In this document: positions 31,250 through 43,559 of the stretch, one piece after another
Position numbering within the stretch: the stretch's first letter is position 1
How the letters are laid out: every line of letters begins with the position of its first letter
Made by a program: the position numbers and the translations under genes
Notes under the pieces: model-generated
The model's database searches: none
What the model was told of the DNA's origin: nothing
Seen by the model: only the letters and a program-made list of their open reading frames with translations
Origin: Thiobacillus sp.
GTDB taxonomy: Bacteria > Pseudomonadota > Gammaproteobacteria > Burkholderiales > Thiobacillaceae
Direction of reading: 5' to 3'
DNA: 64,000 nt
NCBI GenBank assembly: GCA_046484355.1
Contig: JAWOJD010000083.1
Coordinates: 8,672 to 72,671, forward strand

Positions 31250-33603
31250 CAGGCTTTCTCCGCCGTGATCGGGCCAAACATCGGCCCAAGCCCCGCGGTC
31301 AGCGGGTGGCCACTCGGAATGCGAACGCAATTGTCCGGCAGCAGATCATCGCACTCCACCTTCAGGGTCAATGCCGAAGCGGTTTGTCGAACCGAGACCC
31401 GACCGGTCTCATTCAGCCCAAGCTTGCGGATCAGACGGCTGTTCATTCGGGCGACCGGGAGCGCCGCATCCTGCGTTTTCTGCAAAGAAGGAGAACGACG
31501 CACGACGGCATCGGTTTGATAAATCGGCACTTCGGCAACGCGCTCAAGGCCTTCGGATGCCTGTGGCGGGCTCGCCGTCACCCCGCTGACTTCATTGCAC
31601 AGGAAAGCCTGAACCGACCCGGTGGGGGTCTCTCCCAGCGCATCCCGCAACACGTCGCGGGAATCGTCATGGTCGAAGCCTTCCAGGCCCAGCAAGTTGC
31701 CCAGCACCCGCAGCACCTTCCATGCCGGGCGTGTCTCGCCAAGCGGCTCCACGACGGCACTGAAACTTTGCACGCGGCCTTCCGTATTGATGAAGGTGCC
31801 GGAGGTTTCGGTCCACGGCGCGATAGGCAGCAGAACGTCTGCATAGTCGAGCGACTTGCCTTTGTAGGGCGACATCACGACAACAAATTCCGCCGCATTG
31901 AGGCTGGACATCGCGGTGACGGGGTCGTGGGTATCGAGCTCGGCCTCGACCGCCAGCAGCAGATAGGCACGCAACGGCTGCGCCAGCATCTGCTGCGCAT
32001 TAAGGCCCTTGATGCCGGACCGGCCCAGCGCACCGCATCCTGGAATCGCACCCACCGCCACCGCTCCTACGCTGTTGGCGGCCTCACCCAGCACCCCGAA
32101 GCTGGCGTCTGCGAGCTTTGCTAGGGCCTGTGCCAGCGCATGAATCTGCGAGAAACTGGAATGGTGCTGCGCCATGTTGCCCAGGAAAACCGCACGGGTT
32201 TCCCCACCTGCAATGCTCTCGGCCATCACGCGAGCAACATCGTCGACCACGCCATGCCGGGCAATCTCGGGCACTGGCTGGTTCTTCATTTCGGCCAGCG
32301 CACGGCAAACGGCTGCCAGGGCAGTCGCCAGTTGCGAAGGCGGCACGATCTTCTTGGCGTGCACCTTGCCCAGGAATTCGTCTTCTGCGGCGTTGATCAG
32401 GTTGAGTTGCCCGGACCAGCGAACCGATTCGCGAATCCGGTGCGCCATCAGCGGGTGGTCCTTGCGCAGATTGGAGCCCACGACCAGCATCCGGTTGAGG
32501 CGGGACATATACGTCACGGGCATGCCCAGCCAGAATCCGCCCTTGGCCTTGTCGTCGAGCGTGAAATCCGATTGCCGAAGGCGGTGGTCGACGTTGCCGC
32601 TGCCCATGGCGCGCACCAGCTTTTGCAACAGGAACAACTCTTCTGCCGAGCGATACGGCGTGGACAGGGCACCGATCTGGTCGGCCGGAATGCCTTTCAA
32701 CTTGTGCGCAACGAAATCGAGCGCTTCCTGCCAGGTGGCCTCGACCCAGCGACCTTCATGCTTGATCATGGGCTGTGTCAGCCGTTCTGGCGTATTCAGC
32801 CCTTCATAGGAAAACCGGTCGCGGTCTGCCAGCCAGCATTCGTTGACGTCTTCGTTTTCATCGGGGACGACGCGCATCACCTTGTTGTCCTTGACGTGCA
32901 CGGTCAGGTTCGAACCCAGGCTGTCATGCGGGCTGATCGACTTGCGGCGAGCCAGTTCCCACGTGCGGGCCGTGTACCGGAAAGGTTTACTGGTCAATGC
33001 ACCCACCGGGCACAGGTCGATCACGTTACCCGACAGTTCGGACGCGACCTGGTGCTTCAGGAAGGGCATCACTTCGGTGTGCTCCCCCCGCCCGGCCATC
33101 CCGAGTTCCATGATCCCTGCGATCTCCTGGCCGAAGCGCACGCAACGGCTGCAGTGGATGCAGCGCGTCATGTCGGTGGCAATGAGCGGACCGAGATTCT
33201 TCTCGTGCACCACGCGCTTGACTTCCTGATAGCGCGACGACGAGCCGCCATAGCCGACGGCAAGATCCTGCAACTGGCACTCGCCGCCCTGATCGCAGAT
33301 CGGGCAGTCGAGCGGGTGATTGATGAGCAGAAACTCCATCACGCTTTTCTGTGCGTTCACCGCATATTCGGAGCGGGTAAGCACCTTCATGCCGTCGGTG
33401 ACAGGCGTAGCGCACGCGGGCAACGGCTTGGGCGCTTTTTCCACCTGCACCAGACACATGCGGCAATTGGCCGCGATCGACAGTTTCTTGTGGTAACAGA
33501 AATGCGGAATCGTGATGCCTGCCTGATTCGCAGCATCCATGATGGTTTTGCCGCTTTCGACCTGAAGCGCGCGTCCGTCAATTTCGATATTGAGCGTTGC
33601 CAT
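31249..33603 (-). CDS. nuoG: NADH-quinone oxidoreductase subunit G
   Basis: 784 aa with N-terminal 2Fe-2S/4Fe-4S motifs ([15 protein letters not shown]; [14 protein letters not shown]) and a molybdopterin-like domain. Confidence 0.96.
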   Translation of the reverse strand: MATLNIEIDGRALQVESGKTIMDAANQAGITIPHFCYHKKLSIAANCRMCLVQVEKAPKPLPACATPVTDGMKVLTRSEYAVNAQKSVMEFLLINHPLDCPICDQGGECQLQDLAVGYGGSSSRYQEVKRVVHEKNLGPLIATDMTRCIHCSRCVRFGQEIAGIMELGMAGRGEHTEVMPFLKHQVASELSGNVIDLCPVGALTSKPFRYTARTWELARRKSISPHDSLGSNLTVHVKDNKVMRVVPDENEDVNECWLADRDRFSYEGLNTPERLTQPMIKHEGRWVEATWQEALDFVAHKLKGIPADQIGALSTPYRSAEELFLLQKLVRAMGSGNVDHRLRQSDFTLDDKAKGGFWLGMPVTYMSRLNRMLVVGSNLRKDHPLMAHRIRESVRWSGQLNLINAAEDEFLGKVHAKKIVPPSQLATALAAVCRALAEMKNQPVPEIARHGVVDDVARVMAESIAGGETRAVFLGNMAQHHSSFSQIHALAQALAKLADASFGVLGEAANSVGAVAVGAIPGCGALGRSGIKGLNAQQMLAQPLRAYLLLAVEAELDTHDPVTAMSSLNAAEFVVVMSPYKGKSLDYADVLLPIAPWTETSGTFINTEGRVQSFSAVVEPLGETRPAWKVLRVLGNLLGLEGFDHDDSRDVLRDALGETPTGSVQAFLCNEVSGVTASPPQASEGLERVAEVPIYQTDAVVRRSPSLQKTQDAALPVARMNSRLIRKLGLNETGRVSVRQTASALTLKVECDDLLPDNCVRIPSGHPLTAGLGPMFGPITAEKA

Positions 33604-33617
33604 CGTTACTTTTCCGT

Positions 33618-34898
33618 TCAGACCATGCAGCGCTTGTGTTCGATGTGATGCTCGAACTCATGGCGAAAATGTTTGAGGAAGCTTTGCACCGGCATGGCAG
33701 CAGCATCACCCAGCGCACAGATCGTGTGCCCGCCGATGCGGCCTGCCACGCTGTTGAGCAGGTCCAGATCCTCGGGGCGACCCTGCCCATGCTCGATCCG
33801 GTGGATCACCCGGTACATCCATCCGGTGCCTTCTCGGCACGGAGTGCACTGTCCACACGACTCTTCATGATAAAAATAGGACAGCCGCTCCAGCGCGCGC
33901 ACCATGCAGACAGTTTCGTCCATCACGATGACGGCCCCCGACCCCAGCATCGATCCGGCCTTGGCGATCGAATCGAAGTCCATGGTGCAGTCCATCATGA
34001 TGTCGGCTGGTAACACCGGTGCTGACGAACCGCCCGGGATGACGGCCTTCAGCTTGTGGCCGTTGCGCACGCCGCCTGCCATTTCGAGCAGCGCAGAAAA
34101 AGGGGTGCCAAGCGCAACTTCATAATTGCCCGGCTTGTTGACATGGCCCGACACCGAAAACATCTTGGCGCCGCCGTTGTTAGGCTTGCCGAGTTCCAGA
34201 AAGGCCTGGCCGCCGTGCTGCATGATCCACGGCACCGAGGCCAGTGTTTCAGTATTGTTGATGGTCGTCGGCTTGCCATACAGACCGAAGCTGGCCGGGA
34301 AAGGCGGCTTGAAGCGCGGCTGGCCTTTCTTGCCTTCGACGGATTCCAGCAGCGCAGTTTCCTCGCCGCAGATATACGCGCCATACCCCTGGTGCGCATG
34401 CAGCTCAAAACTGAAATCAGTGCCGAACAGCTTGTCGCCGAGGTAGCCCGCTTCGCGGGCTTCTTTCAATGCGCGTTCGAAGGATTCATACACCTCGAAG
34501 ATTTCGCCGTGGATATAGTTGTAACCGACACGCGCCCCCAGCACATACCCTGCGATCGCCATACCCTCGATCAGCTGGTGCGGGTTGTAACGAAGAATAT
34601 CGCGGTCCTTGAAGGTACCCGGCTCGCCTTCGTCGCTGTTGCAGACGATGTACTTGTCGCCGGCAAACGCACGCGGCATGAAGCTCCACTTGAGCCCGGT
34701 GGGAAAGCCTGCCCCGCCCCGCCCACGCAACGCGCTGGTCTTGAGTTCGGCAATGATCGCATCGGCCGACACCGGTTCGGTCAGCACCCGACGCAACGCC
34801 TGATACCCGCCGTTGGCCACGTAGGTGTCAAGCGATGCGGGATTTTCAAGCGCCTGCGTCCAGCTGCAAACCTTGATGTCGGGAGTGAGCAAACTCAT
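33618..34898 (-). CDS. nuoF: NADH-quinone oxidoreductase subunit F
   Basis: FMN/NADH site [10 protein letters not shown] and cluster motif [12 protein letters not shown]. Start at MSLLTPD (34898) gives an ATGA overlap with nuoE; the 502-aa track ORF is an over-extension. Confidence 0.96.
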   Translation of the reverse strand: MSLLTPDIKVCSWTQALENPASLDTYVANGGYQALRRVLTEPVSADAIIAELKTSALRGRGGAGFPTGLKWSFMPRAFAGDKYIVCNSDEGEPGTFKDRDILRYNPHQLIEGMAIAGYVLGARVGYNYIHGEIFEVYESFERALKEAREAGYLGDKLFGTDFSFELHAHQGYGAYICGEETALLESVEGKKGQPRFKPPFPASFGLYGKPTTINNTETLASVPWIMQHGGQAFLELGKPNNGGAKMFSVSGHVNKPGNYEVALGTPFSALLEMAGGVRNGHKLKAVIPGGSSAPVLPADIMMDCTMDFDSIAKAGSMLGSGAVIVMDETVCMVRALERLSYFYHEESCGQCTPCREGTGWMYRVIHRIEHGQGRPEDLDLLNSVAGRIGGHTICALGDAAAMPVQSFLKHFRHEFEHHIEHKRCMV

Positions 34899-35395
34899 TT
34901 CAGCTTGTCCAGTAGGTCGTCCACCATCTCGGGGGTGAGATGGGTGTGCATGACATGGTTGTTGTGCAGGCACATCGGCGCATCTCCGCAGGCGCCCATG
35001 CATTCGCCTTCTTTCAGGGTGAAACGGCCATCTTCGGTTGTTTCGCCATAACCAACGCCCAGCTTCTTCTTCAGGTGCTCGCCCACCTCCCCTGCCCCCA
35101 TCAGCATGCACGGCAGATTGGTGCACAGCGTGATCTTGTGACGCCCGACAGGACCGGTGTCGAACATGTTGTAGAAGGTGGCCACCTCATACGCGGCAAT
35201 CGACGGCATGCCGAGATAATCAGCCACATACTCGATCAGTTCGGGCGTCAGCCAGCCACGTTCCACCTGCGCGATCCGCAGCGCGGCCATCACGGCCGAC
35301 TGCTTCTGGTCGGCAGGATACTTGGCGACTTCCACATCGATCAGCGCCAGCGATTCGGCGCTCAGCAGAAGGCTGTTTGAATCAGGGTTGGCCAT
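34895..35395 (-). CDS. nuoE: NADH-quinone oxidoreductase subunit E
   Basis: 166 aa thioredoxin-like 2Fe-2S subunit (CTNLPC…CMGACGDAP). Confidence 0.95.
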   Translation of the reverse strand: MANPDSNSLLLSAESLALIDVEVAKYPADQKQSAVMAALRIAQVERGWLTPELIEYVADYLGMPSIAAYEVATFYNMFDTGPVGRHKITLCTNLPCMLMGAGEVGEHLKKKLGVGYGETTEDGRFTLKEGECMGACGDAPMCLHNNHVMHTHLTPEMVDDLLDKLK

Positions 35396-36648
35396 CAGCG
35401 GTCGATCTCTCCAAAAACAATATCCTGGGTGCCGATAATGGCCACAACGTCGGCAATCATGTGGCCGCGCGCCATTTCGTCGAGCCCGGCCAGATGCGCG
35501 TAGCCGGGCGCACGGATTTTCATCCGGTAGGGCTTGTTGGCGCCATCCGACACCAGATAAATACCGAATTCCCCTTTAGGGTGCTCCACGCCGACGTAGG
35601 CCTCACCCGCCGGCACATGCATGCCTTCGGTGAAAAGCTTGAAGTGGTGAATCAGCTCTTCCATGTTCTGCTTCATGTCCATCCGCGACGGCGGCGCAAC
35701 CTTGTGGTTGTCGACGATAACCGGGCCGGGATTGACGCGCAGCCAGTCGATGCACTGCTTGATGATGCGATTGGATTGCCGCATCTCTTCGATCCGCACC
35801 AGATAACGGTCGTAACAGTCGCCGTTGGTGCCAACCGGGATATCGAAATCCATGCGGTCGTAAACTTCGTAGGGTTGCTTCTTGCGCACGTCCCACTCGA
35901 CGCCCGATCCTCTCAGCATCGCACCGGTAAAGCCCAAAGCCTTGGCGCGTTCGGGCGACACCACGCCGATGCCGACCGTACGCTGTTTCCAGATGCGATT
36001 GTCAGTCAGCAAGGTTTCATAATCATCGACATAGCCCGGGAAGCGCCGGGTGAAATCCTCCAGGAAGTCGAGCATCGTTCCCTGGCGATTATCGTTCATC
36101 GCCTTCATGGAAGCATCGTTACGGGTGTGCTGGGCTTCGTACTTCGGCATGCTGTCGGGCAGATCACGATACACCCCACCCGGGCGATAGTAGGCTGCGT
36201 GCAGGCGCGCGCCACACACCGCCTCGTAGACGTCCATCAGGTCTTCGCGTTCACGGAAGGCGTACAGGAACACCGTCATCGCACCCACGTCGAGCGCATG
36301 CGCACCCAGCCACAACAGGTGATTGAGCAGCCGAGTAATCTCGTCGAACATCACGCGAATGTACTGGCCACGCTCCGGCACCTGAATGCCCAGCAGCTTC
36401 TCGATCGCCATCACATAGGCATGCTCGTTGACCATCATCGACACATAGTCGAGTCGATCCATGTAGGGCACGGACTGCAGGAATGTCTTGTGTTCAGCCA
36501 GTTTTTCGGTGCCGCGATGAAGCAGCCCGATATGGGGGTCGGCACGTTGAAGCACCTCGCCGTCGAGCTCCAGCACCAGACGCAACACGCCGTGCGCAGC
36601 CGGATGCTGCGGGCCAAAGTTCATCGTGTAGTTGCGGATTTCGGCCAT
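35395..36648 (-). CDS. nuoD: NADH-quinone oxidoreductase subunit D
   Basis: 417 aa starting [15 protein letters not shown]. Confidence 0.96.
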   Translation of the reverse strand: MAEIRNYTMNFGPQHPAAHGVLRLVLELDGEVLQRADPHIGLLHRGTEKLAEHKTFLQSVPYMDRLDYVSMMVNEHAYVMAIEKLLGIQVPERGQYIRVMFDEITRLLNHLLWLGAHALDVGAMTVFLYAFREREDLMDVYEAVCGARLHAAYYRPGGVYRDLPDSMPKYEAQHTRNDASMKAMNDNRQGTMLDFLEDFTRRFPGYVDDYETLLTDNRIWKQRTVGIGVVSPERAKALGFTGAMLRGSGVEWDVRKKQPYEVYDRMDFDIPVGTNGDCYDRYLVRIEEMRQSNRIIKQCIDWLRVNPGPVIVDNHKVAPPSRMDMKQNMEELIHHFKLFTEGMHVPAGEAYVGVEHPKGEFGIYLVSDGANKPYRMKIRAPGYAHLAGLDEMARGHMIADVVAIIGTQDIVFGEIDR

Positions 36649-37247
36649 CAGCGGTCACCCCCATAGCTTTCATCCCGCACGATGCGCGGCGTCACTTCGC
36701 GCGGGTCGATCGACACCGGCTGGTAGATCACACGCTTCTGGTTGGGGTCATAACGCATCTCGACGTGCCCCGAAAGCGGAAAGTCCTTGCGGAAGGGGTG
36801 GCCGATAAATCCATAGTCGGTCAGCAATCGACGCAAGTCAGGGTGCCCCTCGAACACGATGCCGAACAAATCAAACGCCTCGCGCTCATACCAGTTGGCA
36901 GACGGCCAGACTTCAATGACCGACGCCACCACCGGCAACCCATCATCAGGACAAAATACGCGCACACGGACGCGCTGGTTGTTTGTCACAGACAACAGCT
37001 GTGAGACAGCTGCAAAGCGCGCGCCGGCCCATACGCCCCCACCGTAATTCGAATAGTCCATCCCGCACAGGTCGATCAACTGCTCGAAGCGGCAATCCGG
37101 ATGATCCCGCAACGTGAGCATGGCGGCCAGATAGGCTTCAGGTTTGACGACAAGCGTCAACTCTTCCAGGCGGTCGACAATCTCGACAAGCGCATCACCC
37201 AGGAGGACGTTCAATTTGGCAGAGAGGGTTTCCAGCTTCGCGGACAT
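36648..37247 (-). CDS. nuoC: NADH-quinone oxidoreductase subunit C
   Basis: Start placed at MSAKLETL (37247), after the nuoB stop. Contains the [20 protein letters not shown] motif. Confidence 0.93.
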   Translation of the reverse strand: MSAKLETLSAKLNVLLGDALVEIVDRLEELTLVVKPEAYLAAMLTLRDHPDCRFEQLIDLCGMDYSNYGGGVWAGARFAAVSQLLSVTNNQRVRVRVFCPDDGLPVVASVIEVWPSANWYEREAFDLFGIVFEGHPDLRRLLTDYGFIGHPFRKDFPLSGHVEMRYDPNQKRVIYQPVSIDPREVTPRIVRDESYGGDR

Positions 37248-37254
37248 GGGGGCG

Positions 37255-37731
37255 TTACCGGGCGATAGTGTTGGTGCGGCGAATCTTGTTTTGCAACTGG
37301 ATGAGGCCAAATATCAGCGCCTCCGCGGTCGGCGGGCAGCCCGGAACGTAGATATCCACCGGCACGATGCGGTCACAACCCCGCACCACCGAATAGGAAT
37401 AATGATAATAGCCGCCACCATTCGCACACGATCCCATGGAAACCACCCAGCGCGGCTCAGCCATCTGGTCATACACCTTGCGCAGCGCAGGCGCCATCTT
37501 GTTGCACAGCGTCCCCGCGACAATCATCACGTCGGACTGCCGGGGGCTGGGACGGAACACAATGCCAAAACGGTCGAGGTCGTAGCGCGATGCGCCTGCC
37601 TGCATCATCTCCACCGCGCAGCATGCCAAGCCGAAGGTCATCGGCCACATCGATCCGGTGCGCATGTAGTTGATAAGCTGGTCGGCCTTGGTGGTGACAA
37701 AGCCCTGCTCGAGAATACCTTCGATGCTCAT
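37255..37731 (-). CDS. nuoB: NADH-quinone oxidoreductase subunit B
   Basis: 158 aa with [10 protein letters not shown] and CPP cluster N2 ligands. Confidence 0.96.
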   Translation of the reverse strand: MSIEGILEQGFVTTKADQLINYMRTGSMWPMTFGLACCAVEMMQAGASRYDLDRFGIVFRPSPRQSDVMIVAGTLCNKMAPALRKVYDQMAEPRWVVSMGSCANGGGYYHYSYSVVRGCDRIVPVDIYVPGCPPTAEALIFGLIQLQNKIRRTNTIAR

Positions 37732-37786
37732 GCGGTCCGCTCCATCCGATCAACTGCAGGAGCACGTACCCAGCAGCGCGAAAAAA

Positions 37787-38143
37787 TCACTCCCACTCCA
37801 GCGCCCCTTTCATCCACTCATAGACAAAACCCACAACCAGGATGCCAAGGAACACCATCATGGCCAGAAAACCCGCCAGCCCGATTTCCTCAAGGACGAT
37901 CGCCCACGGGAAAAGGAAGGCGATTTCCAGATCGAACAGAATGAACAGGATCGCAACCAGGTAGTAGCGCACATCGAATTTCATGCGCGCATCCTCGAAA
38001 GCCTCGAATCCGCATTCGTAGGGTGAATTTTTTTCGCTATCCGGGCGGTGGGGAGCCAACAAACCCCCTGCGAGAATCGGGACGACCCCAAAGGCCAGGC
38101 CGACCAGAATAAACAGCAGAATGGGGAGGTAATTTTCCAGCAC
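37787..38143 (-). CDS. nuoA: NADH-quinone oxidoreductase subunit A
   Basis: 118 aa with three TM helices and YECGFEAF. Confidence 0.93.
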   Translation of the reverse strand: MLENYLPILLFILVGLAFGVVPILAGGLLAPHRPDSEKNSPYECGFEAFEDARMKFDVRYYLVAILFILFDLEIAFLFPWAIVLEEIGLAGFLAMMVFLGILVVGFVYEWMKGALEWE

Positions 38144-38304
38144 CGCGATCCTCCGGCTATGCTCGTGTAGGAGCTGTTAATTAATTATGAGTCGAGTTTA
38201 TTAGCGGAGAGGCCCGGCTGTCAAGCCGGAAATTATGCGTTTTCCTATTTAAATTCAATAGCTTACCCAATAGCTACCGCTAATGAATGAATCAGGAAAT
38301 TTGA

Positions 38305-38390
38305 TGGTGCCGACGGCGAGACTCGAACTCGCACGACCTGCGGTCACTACCCCCTCAAGATAGCGTGTCTACCAATTCCACCACGTCGGC
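38305..38390 (-). tRNA. tRNA-Leu (anticodon GAG), long variable arm
   Basis: Minus strand reads GCCGACGTGGTGGAATTGGTAGACACGCTATCTTGAGGGGGTAGTGACCGCAGGTCGTGCGAGTTCGAGTCTCGCCGTCGGCACCA. The acceptor stem pairs. The anticodon stem CTATC/GGTAG encloses loop TTGAGGG. The T-arm is GTTCGAGTC and the 3-prime end is CCA. Confidence 0.9.
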
Positions 38391-38444
38391 CGAAGGTCCC
38401 ACACCCGCACGAAGCAGGCGCAAGCCTTAATTAAACTTTTATGA

Positions 38445-38795
38445 TTACTGCGGAATGTCACCCGCTTTCGAACCGCCGTCCGGGCTTGGGGCGACTGCTG
38501 GCAAAACCGGCATTGGAGTAGGTGCAGGCATTTCAGTCCGTTCGACCACGCTGGATGGCTTGTGTTGCTGAAGTCCAAAATAGACCAGCGTCAAGCTGGT
38601 CAGAAAAAAGACGGTTGCCAGAACGGCTGTCGTCCGGCTTAAAAAGTTGGCTGACCCAGTTGAGCCGAACAGGCTCCCAGCCGACCCACCACCAAATGCA
38701 GCGCCCATGTCGGCACCTTTTCCATGCTGTAGCAATATCAGCACAATCACGGAGATGGCAACTACAATATGAACGATCCAGACTAACGTTTCCAT
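38445..38795 (-). CDS. secG: Preprotein translocase subunit SecG
   Basis: 116 aa from METLVWIV, with LLQHGKGADMGAAFGGGSAGSLFGSTG. Confidence 0.92.
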   Translation of the reverse strand: METLVWIVHIVVAISVIVLILLQHGKGADMGAAFGGGSAGSLFGSTGSANFLSRTTAVLATVFFLTSLTLVYFGLQQHKPSSVVERTEMPAPTPMPVLPAVAPSPDGGSKAGDIPQ

Positions 38796-38806
38796 AAACT
38801 CGACTC

Positions 38807-39553
38807 TTACTTTGCCGCAGCCTGGCAAATTGCCACGAATTCTTCCGAAACCAGTGATGCGCCGCCAATCAGGCCACCATCAATATCCGGCTGGGCCATC
38901 AATTCTGCCGCATTCGAAGCCTTTACGCTACCCCCATACTGGATCACCAGCTGATCCGCCACGCTTGCATCGAGTACGGCAATCTTGCCGCGGATAAAGG
39001 CGTGCACTGCCTGAGCCTGCTCAGGGGAGGCGGTTTTTCCGGTTCCAATCGCCCACACAGGCTCGTATGCGACGACCGCTTTTGACAGCGAGGCCACGCC
39101 AGCAGCTTCGATCACGGCATCAAGCTGGCGGGCAACCACGGCCTCGGTCACACCCGATTCACGCTCATCAAGTGACTCGCCCACGCATAGAATGGGAATC
39201 AGGCCTGCCGCTTGGGCTGCCATGTATTTGCTCGCCACCAGTGCGTCAGATTCACCGTAGAGGCTGCGCCGTTCGGAGTGGCCGACGATGACATATTTGC
39301 AGCCAAAATCCAGCAGCATGGCTGCCGACACTTCACCAGTGAATGCGCCCTTGGCTTGCTCGGACAGGTTTTGCGCACCCCACGCGATCGACGAGTCGGA
39401 CAACTCGGCCTGAACCTGCGCCAGATACGGGAAAGGGACGCAAACCACGGCCTCGATGCCAGCCAGTGCCGGCTTGAGCTTGGAGAGCAACGCGGCATTT
39501 TCAGCCAGGCTGCCGTTCATTTTCCAGTTACCGGCTACAATATTTTTGCGCAT
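38807..39553 (-). CDS. tpiA: Triosephosphate isomerase
   Basis: Start at MRKNIVAGNWKMNGS (39553). Active-site blocks VGHSERR, AYEPVWAIGTG and IQYGGSV. Confidence 0.96.
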   Translation of the reverse strand: MRKNIVAGNWKMNGSLAENAALLSKLKPALAGIEAVVCVPFPYLAQVQAELSDSSIAWGAQNLSEQAKGAFTGEVSAAMLLDFGCKYVIVGHSERRSLYGESDALVASKYMAAQAAGLIPILCVGESLDERESGVTEAVVARQLDAVIEAAGVASLSKAVVAYEPVWAIGTGKTASPEQAQAVHAFIRGKIAVLDASVADQLVIQYGGSVKASNAAELMAQPDIDGGLIGGASLVSEEFVAICQAAAK

Positions 39554-39636
39554 GGGATTCTGCCGAAGAAAAGTCGGCGATGGTAAGCGCAACGAGCCGG
39601 ACGGTCAACCTCGAAGCCGCCCCGCAGGCCTCGGAA

Positions 39637-40419
39637 CTAGCCAAAACGGCCGGTAATGTAATCCTCAGTCTGCTTTTTGCCCGGGCGCATGAAGAGGGTC
39701 CCGGTTTCGTTGAACTCGATCAACTCCCCCAGATACATGAACGCGGTGAAATCGGAAATCCGGGCGGCCTGCTGCATGTTATGGGTCACGATGGCAATCG
39801 TGTAATCGCTTTTCAGTTCGTTGATGAGTTCTTCGATCTTGGCCGTGGAAATGGGATCCAATGCCGAAGTCGGCTCGTCGAGCAGAACGATCTCGGGCTT
39901 GACCGCGACCGCGCGCGCAATGCACAGCCGTTGCTGCTGACCGCCCGAAAGCGACAGGCCATTCTGCTGGAGTTTGTCCTTTACTTCACCCCACAGGGCG
40001 GCCTTTTTGAGCGCCCATTCGACCCGGTCATCCATCGCGCTTGATGGCAGCTTTTCGTACAGGCGCACGCCAAAGGCGATGTTTTCATAGATCGTCATCG
40101 GGAACGGCGTCGGCTTCTGAAACACCATGCCGATCTTGGCCCGAACCAGATTCACATCCTGCGTCTTGTCGAGCAGGTTTTCCCCATGAAACAGGATCTG
40201 GCCCTCGGCCCGATGGCCCGGATACAGGTCATACATGCGGTTGAAGGTGCGCAGCAAGGTGGACTTGCCGCATCCCGACGGTCCGATAAAGGCTGTCACT
40301 TTGTTGTGCGCAACGTCCAGGTTGACGTTGCTGAGGCCCTTGAAGTCCCCATAGAAGAAATCCAGGTTGCGAACCTGCAGGACCGCCTCTTCGCTGGATG
40401 GCATGGCTTGATCAGTCAT
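39637..40419 (-). CDS. pstB: Phosphate ABC transporter ATP-binding protein
   Basis: 260 aa with Walker [10 protein letters not shown], signature LSGGQQQRL and a C-terminal ITGRFG. Confidence 0.96.
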   Translation of the reverse strand: MTDQAMPSSEEAVLQVRNLDFFYGDFKGLSNVNLDVAHNKVTAFIGPSGCGKSTLLRTFNRMYDLYPGHRAEGQILFHGENLLDKTQDVNLVRAKIGMVFQKPTPFPMTIYENIAFGVRLYEKLPSSAMDDRVEWALKKAALWGEVKDKLQQNGLSLSGGQQQRLCIARAVAVKPEIVLLDEPTSALDPISTAKIEELINELKSDYTIAIVTHNMQQAARISDFTAFMYLGELIEFNETGTLFMRPGKKQTEDYITGRFG

Positions 40420-40437
40420 CGATACACTCGGGTGAGA

Positions 40438-41286
40438 TTAACGTTTGTCTTTGTCACGGAAGATGATGCGCACGCTGATATTGACCCCCAATACCAGCAG
40501 GGCGATCAGCAGCGCTCCGGCCCAGGCCAGATCAACCCAGTTTTCATACGGGCTTAGTGCAAACTGGTAGATCACCACCGGCAGGTTGCCCATGGGCTCC
40601 GACATCTTGGTGCTGAAAAACTGATTGTTCAGCGCCGTAAACAGCAACGGCGCCGTCTCGCCGGTGATGCGTGCCATCGCCAGCAACACGCCTGTCACCA
40701 CTCCTGACTTGACTGCCCGCAGCGTCACCTTGAGCGAGACCTGCCAGCGCGGCGCGCCCACGGCGAATGCGGCCTCCCGCAAACTGGTGGGCACCAGCTT
40801 GAGCATATTTTCGGTCGTTCGTACCACGACCGGAATGGCAATCAGGGCAAGCGCCAGCGAGCCGGCCCAGCCGGAAAACCCGCCTGTCGTTGCTACAAAC
40901 AGCGCATAGACGAACAACCCGATCACGATGGAGGGGGCGGACAGCATGATGTCGGTCATGAACCGGGTGAACGAGGCGAATTTCGACACGCGCCCGTACT
41001 CGGCCAGATAGATGCCTGCCAGGATGCCGACCGGCGTGGAAATCAGCATCGAGAAAAACAGGATCAGCCCGCTTCCGACGATGGCATTACGCAAGCCGCC
41101 CCCTTCCGACCCGGGTGCAGGGGTATCCTGGGTGAACAAATCCCAGCTCAGCGCGGCAAACCCCTTGGAAAACAGCGTGAACAAAATCCACATCAGCGCG
41201 ATCAGCCCGAGGCTCATCGCGAGCATGGACAGGGTGATGCCGATGCGGTTGGTCCAGATGCGGCGGGTATACAGGCTCACCATCAT
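40438..41286 (-). CDS. pstA: Phosphate ABC transporter permease PstA
   Basis: 282 aa permease following pstC. Confidence 0.92.
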   Translation of the reverse strand: MMVSLYTRRIWTNRIGITLSMLAMSLGLIALMWILFTLFSKGFAALSWDLFTQDTPAPGSEGGGLRNAIVGSGLILFFSMLISTPVGILAGIYLAEYGRVSKFASFTRFMTDIMLSAPSIVIGLFVYALFVATTGGFSGWAGSLALALIAIPVVVRTTENMLKLVPTSLREAAFAVGAPRWQVSLKVTLRAVKSGVVTGVLLAMARITGETAPLLFTALNNQFFSTKMSEPMGNLPVVIYQFALSPYENWVDLAWAGALLIALLVLGVNISVRIIFRDKDKR

Positions 41287-41288
41287 GT

Positions 41289-42266
41289 CTACAGCCCTTC
41301 AGAGCCCATGCTGCGGCTGATGAGCCAGCGCGATATCGCCAGCACGAAAAAGGTGATGACGAACAGCACCAGACCCAATGCAAACAGGGACGCAATGTGC
41401 AGGCCCGGGTCGGCCTCGCCAAACTCGTTCGCCAGCGTCGAGGCGATCGAGGTGCCCGGCGCGAACAGGCTGCCATTGATGCGATTGGCGTTGCCGATCA
41501 CGAAAGTGACAGCCATCGTCTCGCCCAGCGCGCGCCCCAGCCCCAGCATGATGCCGCCGATGACCCCCACCCGCGTGTAGGGCAGCACAATATGGCGCAT
41601 CACCTCCCAGGTCGTGGAGCCCATCGCGTAGGCGGACTCGCGCAACACATGTGGCACGGTTGAAAACACATCGCGCATGACCGATGCGATAAAGGGAATC
41701 ACCATCATCGACAGCACGATGCTGGCTGTCAGAATGCCCACTCCGATGGGGGGACCTGAAAACCAGCCGCCAATCACGGGAACGTCGCCCAGCAGATCCT
41801 GAATCGGCGGCTGGACATACTCGGCAAATAGTGGCGCGAAGATGAACAACCCCCAGATGCCGTACACGATCGAGGGAATGCCCGCGAGCAATTCGATCGC
41901 GGTGCCTAAGGGGCGTCGCAACCATATCGGGCAGGTTTCAGTCAGAAAGAGCGCGATCCCGAAGCTGATGGGGATCGCAATCAGCAAGGCCAGAACAGAC
42001 GTCACAACCGTGCCGTAAATGGCCGCCAGGGCGCCAAACTCGTCGTCCGGCACGCTCCAGATATTGGTCCACAGAAAATCCGGGCCGAACGCCTTGAGGC
42101 TGGGCCAGGCTTCAATCGTGAGTGACGCCAGAATCCCCACCAGCGACGCCAGCACGACAAATGCAAAAAGCTGGGTGGAGTAATGGAAAAACTGATCCTG
42201 TAGCCGGAATTTCCTGACCTGCTTTGCATGCAGGTCAATTTCGGCAGTTGTGCTGGACTCACTCAC
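41289..42266 (-). CDS. pstC: Phosphate ABC transporter permease PstC
   Basis: 325 aa permease following pstS. Confidence 0.92.
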   Translation of the reverse strand: MSESSTTAEIDLHAKQVRKFRLQDQFFHYSTQLFAFVVLASLVGILASLTIEAWPSLKAFGPDFLWTNIWSVPDDEFGALAAIYGTVVTSVLALLIAIPISFGIALFLTETCPIWLRRPLGTAIELLAGIPSIVYGIWGLFIFAPLFAEYVQPPIQDLLGDVPVIGGWFSGPPIGVGILTASIVLSMMVIPFIASVMRDVFSTVPHVLRESAYAMGSTTWEVMRHIVLPYTRVGVIGGIMLGLGRALGETMAVTFVIGNANRINGSLFAPGTSIASTLANEFGEADPGLHIASLFALGLVLFVITFFVLAISRWLISRSMGSEGL

Positions 42267-42381
42267 AGTGGGTGCCTATCGGTTGGTTTTTTATCTGCGG
42301 AAGCAGCCGTCTGAAGACAGCCACTTTCGCAGATTACCGGGCAAAACGTCCGGCAATCATCAGGTCAGCGCGAACGCTGCC

Positions 42382-43401
42382 TTACTTGATGTTCTTCATT
42401 TCGGCTTCGACCATTTTCACCACATTTGCAGGTAAGGCCACAAAGCCCACGTCCTCAGCCATTTTCTGGCCGTTGTTCAGCGACCAGGTGATAAAGTCCA
42501 CTACGCTTTTTTGCTTGGCTGCATCAGACCCCTTCTCATACGCCAGCACGAAGGTGGCGGTTGTGATGGGCCAGGCATTCTTGTGCGACTGATCCAGAAG
42601 GTCGGGCGCCATGCCCCTGATTTTGAAGTTGGCCCCGGCAGCAGCGTCCGCCACGGCATCCTGGCTTGGGATGATGTAGTTGCCGGCACGGTTCTTCAGC
42701 GCGACGAAATTCATGTTGTTTTTCATCGCATCGGCGATGTCAACATAGCCGATTGCACCCTTGATTTTCTGCACGTTGGCAGCCACGCCCGGGTTGCCCT
42801 TGCCGCCCACCGCGTTGGCAGGCCAGTTCACCGTTTTGCCTGCACCAACTTCGCGCATGAACGCCATCGACTGTTTTGCCAGATAGCTGGTGAAGACATG
42901 GGTGGTGCCGGAACCATCGGAGCGGTGCGACACCGTGATTGCCAGACCGGGCAGAGCCGTACCGGGATTCAGTCGGGCGATGGCCGGGTCATTCCACTTG
43001 GTGATCGCACCCCGGAAGATGCCGGCGGCTGTGGGGCCATCCAGTTTCAGCTTGCCTGACGCGATCCCCGGGACATTCATCACGATCGTAACGCCACCCA
43101 TCACGGTTGGGATCTGCACCAGTTTCGCCGCGTCCAGTTCTGCCTCATCGAGAGGGGCATCGGTGCCACCGAAATCGACCGTCTTGGCCTTGATCTGCTT
43201 GATGCCGCCCGACGAGCCGATCCCCTGGTAGTTGACCTTGTTGCCGCTTGCAACCTGATAGGCTTCGGCCCACTTGGTGTACACAGCGTAGGGAAAAGTC
43301 GCGCCTGCGCCAGTCACATCAACGGCCAGAGCGCCGGCCGAAAACGCCAGACCCATCATCGCGGCCAGGGCACCTTGAAGAAGCTTGTTTGAAACACGCA
43401 T
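42382..43401 (-). CDS. pstS: Phosphate-binding protein PstS
   Basis: 339 aa with a signal peptide, then TGAGATFPYAVYTKWA and GIGSSGGI motifs. Confidence 0.94.
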   Translation of the reverse strand: MRVSNKLLQGALAAMMGLAFSAGALAVDVTGAGATFPYAVYTKWAEAYQVASGNKVNYQGIGSSGGIKQIKAKTVDFGGTDAPLDEAELDAAKLVQIPTVMGGVTIVMNVPGIASGKLKLDGPTAAGIFRGAITKWNDPAIARLNPGTALPGLAITVSHRSDGSGTTHVFTSYLAKQSMAFMREVGAGKTVNWPANAVGGKGNPGVAANVQKIKGAIGYVDIADAMKNNMNFVALKNRAGNYIIPSQDAVADAAAGANFKIRGMAPDLLDQSHKNAWPITTATFVLAYEKGSDAAKQKSVVDFITWSLNNGQKMAEDVGFVALPANVVKMVEAEMKNIK

Positions 43402-43464
43402 GGTAATACTCCGATAGTAGTTGACGTTGCCGCATGGGCGACGTCGCCATACTAACGATCAATT

Positions 43465-43482
43465 ATTACAGATATATTTCAG
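43465..43482 (-). promoter_or_regulatory. Putative Pho box 1 (proximal) of pstS
   Basis: Minus strand reads CTGAAAT-ATAT-CTGTAAT, compared with the remembered consensus CTGTCAT-AWAW-CTGTCAY. A TAGTAT -10-like hexamer (43449-43454) lies 10 nt downstream. Confidence 0.55.
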
Positions 43483-43532
43483 GGTGGGCAATCAAGCTAC
43501 AACGGCCGCAGACCGTATACTAACGATCAATC

Positions 43533-43550
43533 ATTATAGATATATTTCAG
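43533..43550 (-). promoter_or_regulatory. Putative Pho box 2 (distal, in repeat copy 2)
   Basis: Minus strand reads CTGAAAT-ATAT-CTATAAT with its own TAGTAT at 43517-43522. It starts 10 nt after the glmM stop. Confidence 0.45.
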
Positions 43551-43559
43551 GGTGGGCAA

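Noticed and set aside
42306-42315. An exact Neisseria-type DNA uptake sequence 10-mer (GCCGTCTGAA) in the pstS-pstC spacer, within an imperfect hairpin.
   Set aside because: I noticed only a single occurrence in 64 kb. One chance hit to a given 10-mer on either strand in a window this size is not improbable (expected count roughly 0.1). A real DUS system would show many copies, so a genome-wide count would be needed.
39637-43401. The pst operon has no phoU after pstB; tpiA-secG-tRNA-Leu-nuo follow directly.
   Set aside because: phoU is frequently encoded elsewhere (for example near phoBR or ppk/ppx) in many proteobacteria. Its absence from this window says nothing about the genome.
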